From positions 1-50,712 of the forward strand of contig JAGVYE010000002.1 of assembly GCA_018303445.1 (NCBI GenBank): 50,712 bases of DNA, read 5' to 3'. Made by a program: the position numbers and the translations under genes. The stretch is from Candidatus Woesearchaeota archaeon (lineage in GTDB: Archaea; Nanobdellota; Nanobdellia; Woesearchaeales; GW2011-AR9). Below the pieces are notes generated by a model. It worked only from the letters and a program-made list of their open reading frames with translations, was not told where the DNA came from and did no database searches. Numbering within the stretch: position 1 is the first letter of the stretch; each line of letters begins with the position of its first letter. Below are positions 28,784 through 38,550 of this stretch, piece by piece.

Positions 28784-29104
28784 TTGTTCTTAAGTTTAAT
28801 AATGTTAGGCTATCAAAAACTTGCTGCTTTCTGTGCACCTGTGCTTTTATCGGCCTGTGCCCATTTTCCGAGCCGTGAAGAATGTGTTCTTATCTATCAG
28901 CAAATTACGTTCGGCGTCATACAAGAAGAAATGCTAGGTTGCGATTATGATAATGATGGGTCACTTGATGCTATTGTCATAACAGCAGGAACTAATCACT
29001 CCTGTCCTGCGGGAATTATTAATCGCTATAAATCTGAGCCTGGATGCGAACTTTCTAAAGAAGCTTGGGAAAAAATACAAAAAGGATATGATTCTACGAG
29101 ATAA
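28784..29104 (+). CDS. Putative lipoprotein (paralog 1)
   Basis: LLSAC lipobox, CDYDNDGSLD and GCELSKEAWEKIQK. True start is probably ATG 28802. Confidence 0.65.
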   Translation: MFLSLIMLGYQKLAAFCAPVLLSACAHFPSREECVLIYQQITFGVIQEEMLGCDYDNDGSLDAIVITAGTNHSCPAGIINRYKSEPGCELSKEAWEKIQKGYDSTR

Positions 29105-29435
29105 TAGTTTTATGCCGCTTACCACAAAAATCACCGCCCTTTTCTTCCCCTTTGTTTTCTCTGGATGCGCTTCTCTCGTTGCCGCAGAATGTAAACCATT
29201 GTATAAAACAAATTTTGCAGGAATCACGGTAGGTGAAATTCAAGCTTGTGATCCTGATAGAAATGGAGAAGTTGATAAAATCATCGCCTCGGGAATATAT
29301 TTTTCTTTAGAATGCCCTCAAGGCGAATATCAACGAACAAATAAAAGATCTGGATGTACTCTTTCTGAAGAAATATGGGAAGAAGTGCAGAAGAAACATG
29401 GCGGAAAGAGGAATCTATATTGGGAAAAGCCTTGA
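29088..29435 (+). CDS. Putative lipoprotein (paralog 2)
   Basis: FSGC lipobox, CDPDRNGEVD and GCTLSEEIWEEVQK. Confidence 0.65.
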   Translation: MILRDNSFMPLTTKITALFFPFVFSGCASLVAAECKPLYKTNFAGITVGEIQACDPDRNGEVDKIIASGIYFSLECPQGEYQRTNKRSGCTLSEEIWEEVQKKHGGKRNLYWEKP

Positions 29436-29516
29436 ACTGAAGAGATTAAAGAAAAATAGTTGTTTGGGAAGAGAAATCCAAAACTATTTAAACTATGCCA
29501 TCACCAAGAATAGGGT

Positions 29517-30323
29517 ATGACTACAACGTGGGAAATTAGCCCAGATAGTAAAACTATACCTACACTTCATAATCCTTTGTTTATTGAAGGCCTCCCGGGA
29601 ATAGGCAATGTGGGAAAAATTGCCACGGATTTTCTTATTGAGGAATTTAAAGCGAAGAAAGGGTTTTCTTTTTTCTCGCATAAATTTCCTAATTCGGTAT
29701 TCGTAAATGAAGCTAATCTTGTGGAAATGCCCAAGATAGAGCTGTATTTCAAGAAGTTTAACGATGCCAAAAAACGAGACTTGCTCCTCCTAACAGGGGA
29801 CATCCAACCTATCGATGAAGAAAGCTGTTACACGTTCTGCGAAGAGATTATTAAAGTAGCCCAGAATTTTAAATGCCAGGAGATTGTTACTACTGGAGGA
29901 ATAGGATTGCAAAGTATTCCTGAAAAGCCGAGGGTATTTGTGACCAGTAATGATCCACAATTGCTGAAAGAATACACCAAGAAAGGACTTCCCGTCGAGG
30001 AAAAAATTTTTGGGGTGGTAGGGCCGATTATGGGTGTATCTGGAATCCTTTTGGGACTAGGAAAAATACGAGGAATGAAAGCTGTTTCGCTTCTGGCAGA
30101 AACGTTTGGTCATCCCCTGTTCTTAGGAATTAAAGGGGCAAAAGAATTGCTGCGAGTCTTGGAAGCAAAATTTTCTCTAGGAATTAACATTAATAAAATG
30201 AGCAAAGAGATTATTGAAGTGGAAAAAGAATTAATGAAAAAGACGAAAGAATGGGCAGAAGAAATGACCACCGCGCATGCTGGAGCCAAAGCCAAGAAGA
30301 AGGAAGCGAGTTATATTGGGTGA
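29517..30323 (+). CDS. PAC2 family protein (proteasome assembly chaperone-like)
   Basis: IEGLPGIGNVGKIA, LLTGDIQP, TTGG, GPIMGVSGILLG and LLAET motifs. Confidence 0.9.
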   Translation: MTTTWEISPDSKTIPTLHNPLFIEGLPGIGNVGKIATDFLIEEFKAKKGFSFFSHKFPNSVFVNEANLVEMPKIELYFKKFNDAKKRDLLLLTGDIQPIDEESCYTFCEEIIKVAQNFKCQEIVTTGGIGLQSIPEKPRVFVTSNDPQLLKEYTKKGLPVEEKIFGVVGPIMGVSGILLGLGKIRGMKAVSLLAETFGHPLFLGIKGAKELLRVLEAKFSLGININKMSKEIIEVEKELMKKTKEWAEEMTTAHAGAKAKKKEASYIG

Positions 30324-30556
30324 GTTTTGGCTTGTTTTTTTTCTTCACTATCTTCCAATAATTTTTTAAATTTAGACTGCGTCATATTCTGGTCTCCGAG
30401 AATTCTCTCCCACATCTTTTCATCATGTGTGGCACGATACGGATCACAACATGCTTCTTCTGGAGAGAAGATATCAGCACTTCGGACTAAAGAAATTATT
30501 TTTTTCGCTTCTTTTTCTTTAGCATGAGCGACTTTGGCTAAGATGACCTCTAACAT
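30311..30556 (-). CDS. Small hypothetical protein (possibly a truncated gene)
   Basis: 81-aa ORF with TTTATAAA box ~25 nt upstream. Overlaps the PAC2 3' end by 13 nt. Confidence 0.4.
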   Translation of the reverse strand: MLEVILAKVAHAKEKEAKKIISLVRSADIFSPEEACCDPYRATHDEKMWERILGDQNMTQSKFKKLLEDSEEKKQAKTHPI

Positions 30557-30702
30557 TTTAACAACTTATTAATAGTAATTTATAAATTTTCAGGGGAATT
30601 TTAACTTACAGACAAAGACGGTAAGAAAGGAGCTTTTCTAGACTATTTTCTCCTCGAGCATTGGCACAAACCTTTATAAACAGTTAAAATCTACTTCAAG
30701 CC

Positions 30703-32685
30703 ATGTACAAAAAGAGGGAAAAGATAGAGGTATGTAGGTCTTTTTCTAACTCTTTCTTCCCTGAAAAACAAGGGCAAGTTACGATTTTCATTATTCTTGG
30801 ACTGATCCTTATTTTTGTAGTTGCGCTTATTTTCTTAACCAAGCAGGAAGTGGTGAAAATTAAGCCGGAAGAACTTATTCCTAGCGAAAAAGGGAAAATA
30901 GAGAATTTCGTCAGAGCCTGCATCAAGAGTGTCGGTGAGGAAGCCTTATTTCAACTGGGCTTGCAAGGCGGTTATATTGAAATGCCTTCTGAAATTAGCA
31001 ATGACGCCAGCCGCCATGTGCGTCTTTCCCCGTTCTTAGTTGTTCCCTATTGGGCTTATGGGGAAGTGAAGGATATGCCTTCGCGAGAAGAAATCAAGCA
31101 GCGTCTTGATGCGTATATGGAAGAACATCTTAGAGGCTGCCTCTTTGATTTAAACGCCTTTAAAGAAACGTACAATCTTATTGAAAAAACAGAGATCACG
31201 GCAAATACGGAAATACTGGACAACAAAGTTATTTTTTATGTCCATTGGGGCCTTGAAGTTCGTGACAAAAATGGGGAAAAAATCAGTGAAGTGATTAACC
31301 ACCAGGGAGAATCGCCGATTCAGCTTGGCAAGGTGTATGAAACGGCAAAAGCAGTTGTTGAACGGGAATTACTTACCTTAAAATTGGAAGATATAACACA
31401 GGATCTTATTGCTTTAGAACATCCTAATGTCCCCTTAACCGGTCTGGAAATGAGTTGCAAACGCAAAACATGGGATGTGAGCACCGTTAAAAAAACACTA
31501 AAGGATATGTTGCGTGTTAATATCAAAAAGCTGCGTGTGAAGGGAACAGAATTTGTGGAATTTCCGGAAGAGCTGCCATATTATCAGAATCATTACGTCT
31601 GGAATATGGGAGAAGGATTTGCCCAACAGGACATTAGTGTCGTGTTTAATTTTGAAAATACGTATCCGTTTACATTTCAAGTAACACCACTTACGGGAAC
31701 AAAAATGGCGAGCAATCAACAAGGAGGAACAGACTTAATTTCCTTTTTGTGCCTGCAAACCTGGAAATTCACTTATGATGTTATGTACCCTGTAGTCGTG
31801 AGAGTGAAAGATGAAAAGACAGGGTATAATTTCAATATGGCTTTTACCGTTCACTTGGTGAGAAATATCCCTAACCGAAAAGTGGCTATTGAAGCGAGAA
31901 ATCCAACTTCGCTTAACTTTCCTACCGATGAGGAATATTGCCGAGATGTGCGCATACCCATGACAGTAGTTACAAATTCCCAAGTTGTTAGCGACGAAGC
32001 AGGAGTTAATGATATTACGCCTCTCGAGGATGTAGAGATAAGTTTTTCTTGCTTGAAATATAGTTGTGAAATGGGCCAAACTGATTTTGATTTTGAAGAG
32101 AGCGGCTACCAAGCGGACTTAACAGTTAACTACCCTTACTGCGTGGGTGGGATTGTCCGGGGAGTAAAGGAAGGATATAAAGAAACATGGCAGAGAGTGG
32201 TAACAGAACATGATAAAATGGTGGAGCTGAATCTTGTTCCTCTTCATACTCTTCCTTTAAAAGCGCTAAAAGTTGTAAAACATGATCTAGAAGATTTGCA
32301 AGAAGAAAATCTGCAGACTGAAGAATTGGATGAAAATGAAGTGGCGCTGGTACGCTTAAAGCGTTTTGTCAATGGAACCCTTAACCATGAAATTCAGCAA
32401 GTGATAAGCGCTAAATTATCTTTGGAAACAGTTGACCGCTTAAAAGTTGAATTTCTGGCAGAAGCGGATTATCAATATGAAGTTGAGATTAACGTCTTTG
32501 ATGAAGAAAATCTCATTGGCGGATATAAAGCCAACTGGACCATTCCTTGGGATACGCTGCAAGAAGCAGAAGAGATTACATTCCATACCCTGACCCTGAA
32601 AAATCCACCGCAAGAAGATCTCTTTCAGCTCCTCCTTAACCTGGGGCCGGAAAGTGGAAAAGTTCCCTTGCCGGAAATTAAATGA
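30703..32685 (+). CDS. Class III signal peptide (pilin-like N-terminus) large extracellular protein
   Basis: EKQG/QVTIFIILGLILIFVVAL followed by FVRACI...LGLQGGY and several Cys pairs. First gene of a coupled operon. Confidence 0.8.
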   Translation: MYKKREKIEVCRSFSNSFFPEKQGQVTIFIILGLILIFVVALIFLTKQEVVKIKPEELIPSEKGKIENFVRACIKSVGEEALFQLGLQGGYIEMPSEISNDASRHVRLSPFLVVPYWAYGEVKDMPSREEIKQRLDAYMEEHLRGCLFDLNAFKETYNLIEKTEITANTEILDNKVIFYVHWGLEVRDKNGEKISEVINHQGESPIQLGKVYETAKAVVERELLTLKLEDITQDLIALEHPNVPLTGLEMSCKRKTWDVSTVKKTLKDMLRVNIKKLRVKGTEFVEFPEELPYYQNHYVWNMGEGFAQQDISVVFNFENTYPFTFQVTPLTGTKMASNQQGGTDLISFLCLQTWKFTYDVMYPVVVRVKDEKTGYNFNMAFTVHLVRNIPNRKVAIEARNPTSLNFPTDEEYCRDVRIPMTVVTNSQVVSDEAGVNDITPLEDVEISFSCLKYSCEMGQTDFDFEESGYQADLTVNYPYCVGGIVRGVKEGYKETWQRVVTEHDKMVELNLVPLHTLPLKALKVVKHDLEDLQEENLQTEELDENEVALVRLKRFVNGTLNHEIQQVISAKLSLETVDRLKVEFLAEADYQYEVEINVFDEENLIGGYKANWTIPWDTLQEAEEITFHTLTLKNPPQEDLFQLLLNLGPESGKVPLPEIK

Positions 32686-35600
32686 AAATGATACAGAAAA
32701 AAGAGATGATTGTACTGCTGATGATTTGGCTAGTTCTGAGCATGCCCATCACTCAAGCCTTCAGTATCTCAAATGTGAAAGCTGACGATGTGACACAACA
32801 TACAGCCAGCATTTCCTGGGAAACGGATGAGCCGGCAAATGGTTTTGTTGAGTATGGTGAAAATAAAGAGCAGTTGCAGAAAATAGGCGATGCTAAGGAA
32901 CTTTTAACTCATGCCTTTCCCCTTTCACAACTGAAGGAGAATACAACATATTATTTTAAAGTGGAAAGTAAGGAGGTTATAGATGATAACAATGGACAGT
33001 TATATTCTTTTGAAACTTTGCCGCCAGATAAAGAAGCTCCTCTTTTAGAAGTTACAATGCCCACAAGTGTGGCAGGAAATAAAGTTGATGTTACCGTAAA
33101 AACAGAAAGAGGAGCGACGATTACGGTTTTTGTGAATAATGTGAATATACGAAGTTCTCTTGCCAGGGAGGAAGTAACAACTATTTCAGCAGTTACGATT
33201 GACGGAAATAAGGAAAATACGATTACCGTTAAAGTTAAGGATAGTGCGGGAAATGAAGCCGCTTTTACAGGAAAAGTTTTTTCTGACAATGCGCCTCCCA
33301 AAATAACGTTACAAAAAATTCCAGAACTTATTGCCGAAAATAAGATCAGACTGCAAGGAACAGTTTCTGAAGATAGCAGCATGGAAGTTTTTGTGAATAA
33401 TCGGTCTGTAAAAACAGTACAAGGAATTTCTCTCAATGAAGAAATACGACTGCAGGAAGGGGCTAATAAGATTCGCGTTGTCGCGAAGGATAAAGCAGGC
33501 TGGGAAAGTGATGAAGAAATTACCGTTGATGCTGATACTGTTCCTCCAAAAGTAGATTTTGAATTTGAAGAAGGGTCTGAATATTATGAAGGAAGAGCGG
33601 ACACAGATATTAAAGGAGAGACAGAAGCAGGGGCAAAAGTATTTCTATACATTTATCAACGTCGGGGGGATCAGTTCCGCGCCGACTTTTCAAGACCAGT
33701 TGACATCGTAACTGCTGACAAAGAAGGAAAATTTACATTCAAAGACGCAAAGTTTCCTCCTTCTGTGTTTACAATCGGCAGAGGAAATGCAACGAGAGTG
33801 ACGCTTGTCCCGCGGCAAGTTCCTACGGGATTAGAGGAAGTGTTAATTTCACCATTAGACAAGTTGACGCAGGAACAGCGCAAGTCTTTTGATGTCATCA
33901 TCATCGCCGAGGATAAAACAGGAAAGAGCGGATTTAAGAAAAGAGTGGTGAATGTCAATTCCTGTTTTTCGTCGAGTTCTGATTTTAATATCATCCCCAT
34001 TCCCGAATTTCAAGCTCCGTTCCGCCTTAATCCCGATTTGATGGAGGAAGGAAGAGAAACTATCCAGGCCGTTTTCAATCTCACTTACCGAGGAAATGGC
34101 ATTCCCCGTTTGAATTCGAGAACTAATCTGCTGGAAAGCCCGTATCAAGTCCAGAGCGTAACCTTTGCCAAAGCCTGCACTCAGGAAACCACAGGCACAG
34201 ATGATTATTCCACTGGATGCCAGCTTCTTCCGTCAGGAGCACTCACATCGCAACCAAATCATGACAAAACGGCCTTCTATGTAACTTCTAATTTACGGCC
34301 GGCGAAAGAATTTCTGCAACGAAAGCCAGATCTTTGGGATGATTTCAAGAATCGTCAATTGAAAATGCCGCTCAAAGTTACAGTGCGCTATCGTGAACGG
34401 GATGCTAACGGCGGGTTTGGGCCAACCAAGACGCAAGTGCAATGCCAGGATTTAGGATATTTCGTTGATATTCCAGCGGAAGTGCAGAATTTTATTCCTG
34501 ACGCTCTGGCGGATACGTCCATCGCTATCTTGAATGAAACCATTAATGCCATTGAAGAAATCAAACCGTCTCTAGAAACGGCGATGATGGCCACGGGAAT
34601 TGGCTGTGTGGCTTCATTCCTTACAAAGTTAATCGCAAAATTTTACCGATTTTTTATCGCCCATTTTGAGCCTTGGTTAACAAAATTTAATCCCACAAAA
34701 AAAGAGGAAGGGTGTCCATTTATTGACGGGCAGCATAACTTGCTGCTTGATGATACGATTGAAAATTGGCAGAATATTGGAGTATTAGGCACTTCTGTTG
34801 ATGATAACATCAGGTTTTCGAAACGATGCCCGCAAACGGCAAAAGCGTGGGAAATGGAAGCCTTCTTAGACCAAGCTTACCGCTGGACATGCGATCGTTT
34901 CTTATGCCGAGCTGTACCAGCAAGATGGACGGAAAGTAAAGAAGAACCAGAAATTAAAGAAGTGTTGCAAAAACAATTGCAATGTTCCGCAACAAGTAAT
35001 GGGGTGTACTTGCAAAAAATCGAGAATTGCCACGAGCAATTAGAAAAAGATCCTAGTGCGAAGGAATTTCTGCGCATCCATAAACAGAGCGTAGTAGAAT
35101 GCTGGCGCGATGTGGAAGGAAATCTCTTTTTTGTTGATAACGCGAAACAAGAAAGCTTGAATGACCAAGGCATCTGGCGGCTTAGCCCTATTCCTACTTT
35201 TGGACAAGTGGGCCGTAAAGCACCTTCAGGAGATTTATTAGTCTATAAGCCCGAAGGTTCTCAAACTTATATGACCAGCGTCGACAAAACGTGTAAACAA
35301 GTGTGCGAAAGTAAGAAAGGATATGAAGCCGTCAGTGATGGTTTTTTCGTCAATGGCGTGAATAGCTGTTATAAGCAAGAAGAAAACGGATTGAAAAGTC
35401 AAACGGATATTCTCCGAGGAGAGAAAATAGGAGCCGGATATACAAACGATTGTTTTATTGACCGAGCTAATCCCAGCGCGGGGTTGTATGAATGTGTATG
35501 TCAGACGAAAGTGAGTCAGGCAAACGTACCAAAGACTAAACCTACTTCGCGCGAAGCGAAGAAGAAAGAAGTAGTGAATAATGTTGAAGTTGTGGAAGAA

Positions 35601-38000
35601 TGGAGTTATCACCAAGATCGTCTCTATAAGGAAACAAATGGAGTGTATGGAACATTATATTCAAAATTGAGGTATTATGGCGGGCGAGATTTAAGCGGCG
35701 CCTTTGGATTAGATTATGGATTAGATAATTTTCGAGATAAGAATTTCACGACCACACAAGTCAATCCGAGCACAGATTGGTTTGGCACGTTTCAAGCAGT
35801 TTGCCTGCCGGGAATTAATGCGCGGTTAACGATGCTGCAAAGTGTCCTGCAGGGCTTGCAAGGATGTATTGTGGAAGCAAAGTATACGGGGCTGAGGGAT
35901 GCGGGAACGTGTAAAACTATTTTCACACAATATTTCTGTGGCTTGATCTATAAAGGAATTGCTCTTCTTGCCAGCAGTTGTTCGCCTTTATCATTTAAAG
36001 ACCTGGGAAAAGGCTTTGAAGATCCAACGGAAGGAGGAGTTCAAGCCTTCTTTGATTCGGGATTTAAGGCCATTCCGGAAGCGATTGAAAGTTCAATTTC
36101 GGAAGTGCAGTCCGATTATGGCAATGCTAAATTTAACCAATTCTTTTCCACGGGAGTGCAAGGATTTGCCGAATCCATTTGCTTAGCAGCCTTTGGTTAT
36201 GATTTCCCATTTGGCATGGATTTCATTCTTGATGCCGCGTATTCATTTCCCACAGCAACGAATGTCTTTTTCCCTGTAGCGAATAGAGAACTGGCAACAT
36301 TTGACCCTGTAAAAGGAACAGCGGTGTATAATTACGAATTAGCAGGCGCGATTCTGCCGGGATGTAACTTTCGCGGATATAAAACAGAATTAAAGTGTGT
36401 AACAATCGAAGATGCAGGGAATCCTGGCCTTTCCTGTTCCGATCAGCGTTGCGATTGCATGCAGGCAACAGGATTACGACCAGAATCAGCAGGAGCACGA
36501 ACACATAAAATAGATGGAGGAACGAGTTTCAGCGGAGTACAGAGAGGAAAATTGTTCGACCTTCCTTTAGTCTCTCCACAAAAAGTCAGCAGTGAGTTCC
36601 GCTATGATCACGTCGTTTTAGATATCATCTTAGATCAAAATGAAGATCCAACAAGATGTTTTGATGAAGGATATAGAACGCCAAATGGAGGAAGATTTTA
36701 TTTCCCCATTAGTGATGTTGGGCCGGAGAGAGTCGGCACTTGTCAAGTTGATGTTCTCACAGGACGGTTTAAATGCCCGGAAATTGCTTCGCTGTTTGGA
36801 GGAGGGCAAACCTATTTTGAACATCCTTTTATCACTTGTTTTGATAAACTGAATAATCAATATGTTGATTGCGAGACGCCAAATCTGTTTATTGTTGGCC
36901 AAGGAAATATTCAAGTGAAACCGCATCTGAATATTGGAAAAGGCGCTTATTGTTTAGAAGTAGCTGATAATCGAGGGTTGCTTACACCACTCACAATTCC
37001 CATTCCAGAAGGCACGCAGGGAACGTACGCCCCACCACTCGATCTTGGTCCTGTATCCCAAGAAATGATTATAGGGGGAACGAGAGCCACAATTGTTCCG
37101 GCGCATGATAGTGATAATGGATGTGGAGGAGAAGGGAGACGAGATTTGCACGTCATTGATTATCCAGGACCGGCACAAGTAATACAAGAGAAATCATTTA
37201 CATTTAAGTACCTGCCACAAGGAGGAGATCAGTATACTATTACTCTTCCTCCTGATGTTGATGTTGTTAAACCAAATCCTCATCATCCTACAGCACAATA
37301 TGAAATAGATGCAACGACGAGAGAATTAACACTGGCAGGAGTAAAAGTGCTCAGTGCTGAGGACATTAACAACGCCGTCTTTCAGTATCAAGGATTTACC
37401 TTTGACAAAGTTCTGGGACATCCTACACCTGCACCAGGGAAAAATGGACAGTGCACATATAGAATTTCAGCAGCACGAACAGGAACAGCGGCAAAGATTG
37501 GATCGCTTTCCATTACCGCGAAACTCTTGCAAGCGCCAACAAGCGGCAGCTGCTTCCAGGCCACACAGCTTGTTGCACCCAGTCAATTAGGAAGGAATTT
37601 AGTTTCTCTGCCCATTCGCGTGCAAGCAGAGACGGTAGAACAAACACAAGCGACAGGGATACATGAAGATTTCACACGGGGAGATTATGACCGTGTTATT
37701 GGCAAAGCTCAGCCTATTGTACAGCGAAAGGAGAGTAATGTAGAACATGTCCGTGGATTATACTATTGGATTGCCAGTTTAATTATGAAAGGGAAAGGAG
37801 TTGAACCGTATAAAGGAGAAATAAAAGGATTATTAGAATTGTTCTTTGACCGAAATTATAATGACAAGGAAATTTTAGATAGTTATGATACGGTGATAAC
37901 AAATGATCCGCAATTTCAGAAAATATGCACCTATCTGTGTGAAGTAGATACAGAGATAGATAATAAATATGCAACAAAGTGTCAAAATGGCTGCACATAA
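32682..38000 (+). CDS. Giant secreted protein: FN3 + Ig-like repeats + Cys-rich/helical core
   Basis: Sec signal, FN3 (ISWETDEPA..VEYG..LKENTTYYF) and Ig repeats (D.APP, EGANKI..A.DKAG). Many Cys and internal hydrophobic/amphipathic helices. ATGA overlap with the upstream gene. Confidence 0.85.
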   Translation: MKMIQKKEMIVLLMIWLVLSMPITQAFSISNVKADDVTQHTASISWETDEPANGFVEYGENKEQLQKIGDAKELLTHAFPLSQLKENTTYYFKVESKEVIDDNNGQLYSFETLPPDKEAPLLEVTMPTSVAGNKVDVTVKTERGATITVFVNNVNIRSSLAREEVTTISAVTIDGNKENTITVKVKDSAGNEAAFTGKVFSDNAPPKITLQKIPELIAENKIRLQGTVSEDSSMEVFVNNRSVKTVQGISLNEEIRLQEGANKIRVVAKDKAGWESDEEITVDADTVPPKVDFEFEEGSEYYEGRADTDIKGETEAGAKVFLYIYQRRGDQFRADFSRPVDIVTADKEGKFTFKDAKFPPSVFTIGRGNATRVTLVPRQVPTGLEEVLISPLDKLTQEQRKSFDVIIIAEDKTGKSGFKKRVVNVNSCFSSSSDFNIIPIPEFQAPFRLNPDLMEEGRETIQAVFNLTYRGNGIPRLNSRTNLLESPYQVQSVTFAKACTQETTGTDDYSTGCQLLPSGALTSQPNHDKTAFYVTSNLRPAKEFLQRKPDLWDDFKNRQLKMPLKVTVRYRERDANGGFGPTKTQVQCQDLGYFVDIPAEVQNFIPDALADTSIAILNETINAIEEIKPSLETAMMATGIGCVASFLTKLIAKFYRFFIAHFEPWLTKFNPTKKEEGCPFIDGQHNLLLDDTIENWQNIGVLGTSVDDNIRFSKRCPQTAKAWEMEAFLDQAYRWTCDRFLCRAVPARWTESKEEPEIKEVLQKQLQCSATSNGVYLQKIENCHEQLEKDPSAKEFLRIHKQSVVECWRDVEGNLFFVDNAKQESLNDQGIWRLSPIPTFGQVGRKAPSGDLLVYKPEGSQTYMTSVDKTCKQVCESKKGYEAVSDGFFVNGVNSCYKQEENGLKSQTDILRGEKIGAGYTNDCFIDRANPSAGLYECVCQTKVSQANVPKTKPTSREAKKKEVVNNVEVVEEWSYHQDRLYKETNGVYGTLYSKLRYYGGRDLSGAFGLDYGLDNFRDKNFTTTQVNPSTDWFGTFQAVCLPGINARLTMLQSVLQGLQGCIVEAKYTGLRDAGTCKTIFTQYFCGLIYKGIALLASSCSPLSFKDLGKGFEDPTEGGVQAFFDSGFKAIPEAIESSISEVQSDYGNAKFNQFFSTGVQGFAESICLAAFGYDFPFGMDFILDAAYSFPTATNVFFPVANRELATFDPVKGTAVYNYELAGAILPGCNFRGYKTELKCVTIEDAGNPGLSCSDQRCDCMQATGLRPESAGARTHKIDGGTSFSGVQRGKLFDLPLVSPQKVSSEFRYDHVVLDIILDQNEDPTRCFDEGYRTPNGGRFYFPISDVGPERVGTCQVDVLTGRFKCPEIASLFGGGQTYFEHPFITCFDKLNNQYVDCETPNLFIVGQGNIQVKPHLNIGKGAYCLEVADNRGLLTPLTIPIPEGTQGTYAPPLDLGPVSQEMIIGGTRATIVPAHDSDNGCGGEGRRDLHVIDYPGPAQVIQEKSFTFKYLPQGGDQYTITLPPDVDVVKPNPHHPTAQYEIDATTRELTLAGVKVLSAEDINNAVFQYQGFTFDKVLGHPTPAPGKNGQCTYRISAARTGTAAKIGSLSITAKLLQAPTSGSCFQATQLVAPSQLGRNLVSLPIRVQAETVEQTQATGIHEDFTRGDYDRVIGKAQPIVQRKESNVEHVRGLYYWIASLIMKGKGVEPYKGEIKGLLELFFDRNYNDKEILDSYDTVITNDPQFQKICTYLCEVDTEIDNKYATKCQNGCT

Positions 38001-38550
38001 AAAAGCAAGTTTGGGAGTAGAAGTGCTGTTGATGTTAATCCTCGTAGTTATGATAAGTGCAGTGATACTGTTCCTTATTAAATCTGGAATGATTAGTGTG
38101 AAAGCTAGTGGGAGTGAAGAGCCTATTCTGAATACGGAGTTTATACCCTTAGAGAGAGAAGGGGTTTTAACTCTTACTTCATTTTCTTTCTGCCGTTATG
38201 TGGACAGTAATTATCGATGCTTGCAACCTTTGGAGCGCTTTCCTCTCGGCGCTGATGTCTACTTTATTTTTACTGTAGAAAGCAGTACAGAAAATGAAAA
38301 AGTTATCCTCATTGAGAATTATAAACTTAAAAATCCACAAGGAATAGTTATTCTTGATGTTGACGCACGAAATGATTTCTATGTGGAAAGTACCAGCGAG
38401 AAAAAAAATGAAGAAATTACATTTAAAGATTATTTTATTACTGATCTTTCATTAGAGGAAGGTGTTTATACTCTAGAATTACATCTAGAAAATCCCATTT
38501 TAGCGAAAAATGTTAAAGCGACAAAAAAAGTAGAGTTGTTTAGAAAATGA
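37969..38550 (+). CDS. Class III signal peptide (pilin-like) protein with Ig-like C-terminal domain
   Basis: HKKA/SLGVEVLLMLILVVMIS and EGVYTLEL beta-sandwich motif. True start is probably ATG 37987. Confidence 0.75.
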   Translation: MQQSVKMAAHKKASLGVEVLLMLILVVMISAVILFLIKSGMISVKASGSEEPILNTEFIPLEREGVLTLTSFSFCRYVDSNYRCLQPLERFPLGADVYFIFTVESSTENEKVILIENYKLKNPQGIVILDVDARNDFYVESTSEKKNEEITFKDYFITDLSLEEGVYTLELHLENPILAKNVKATKKVELFRK

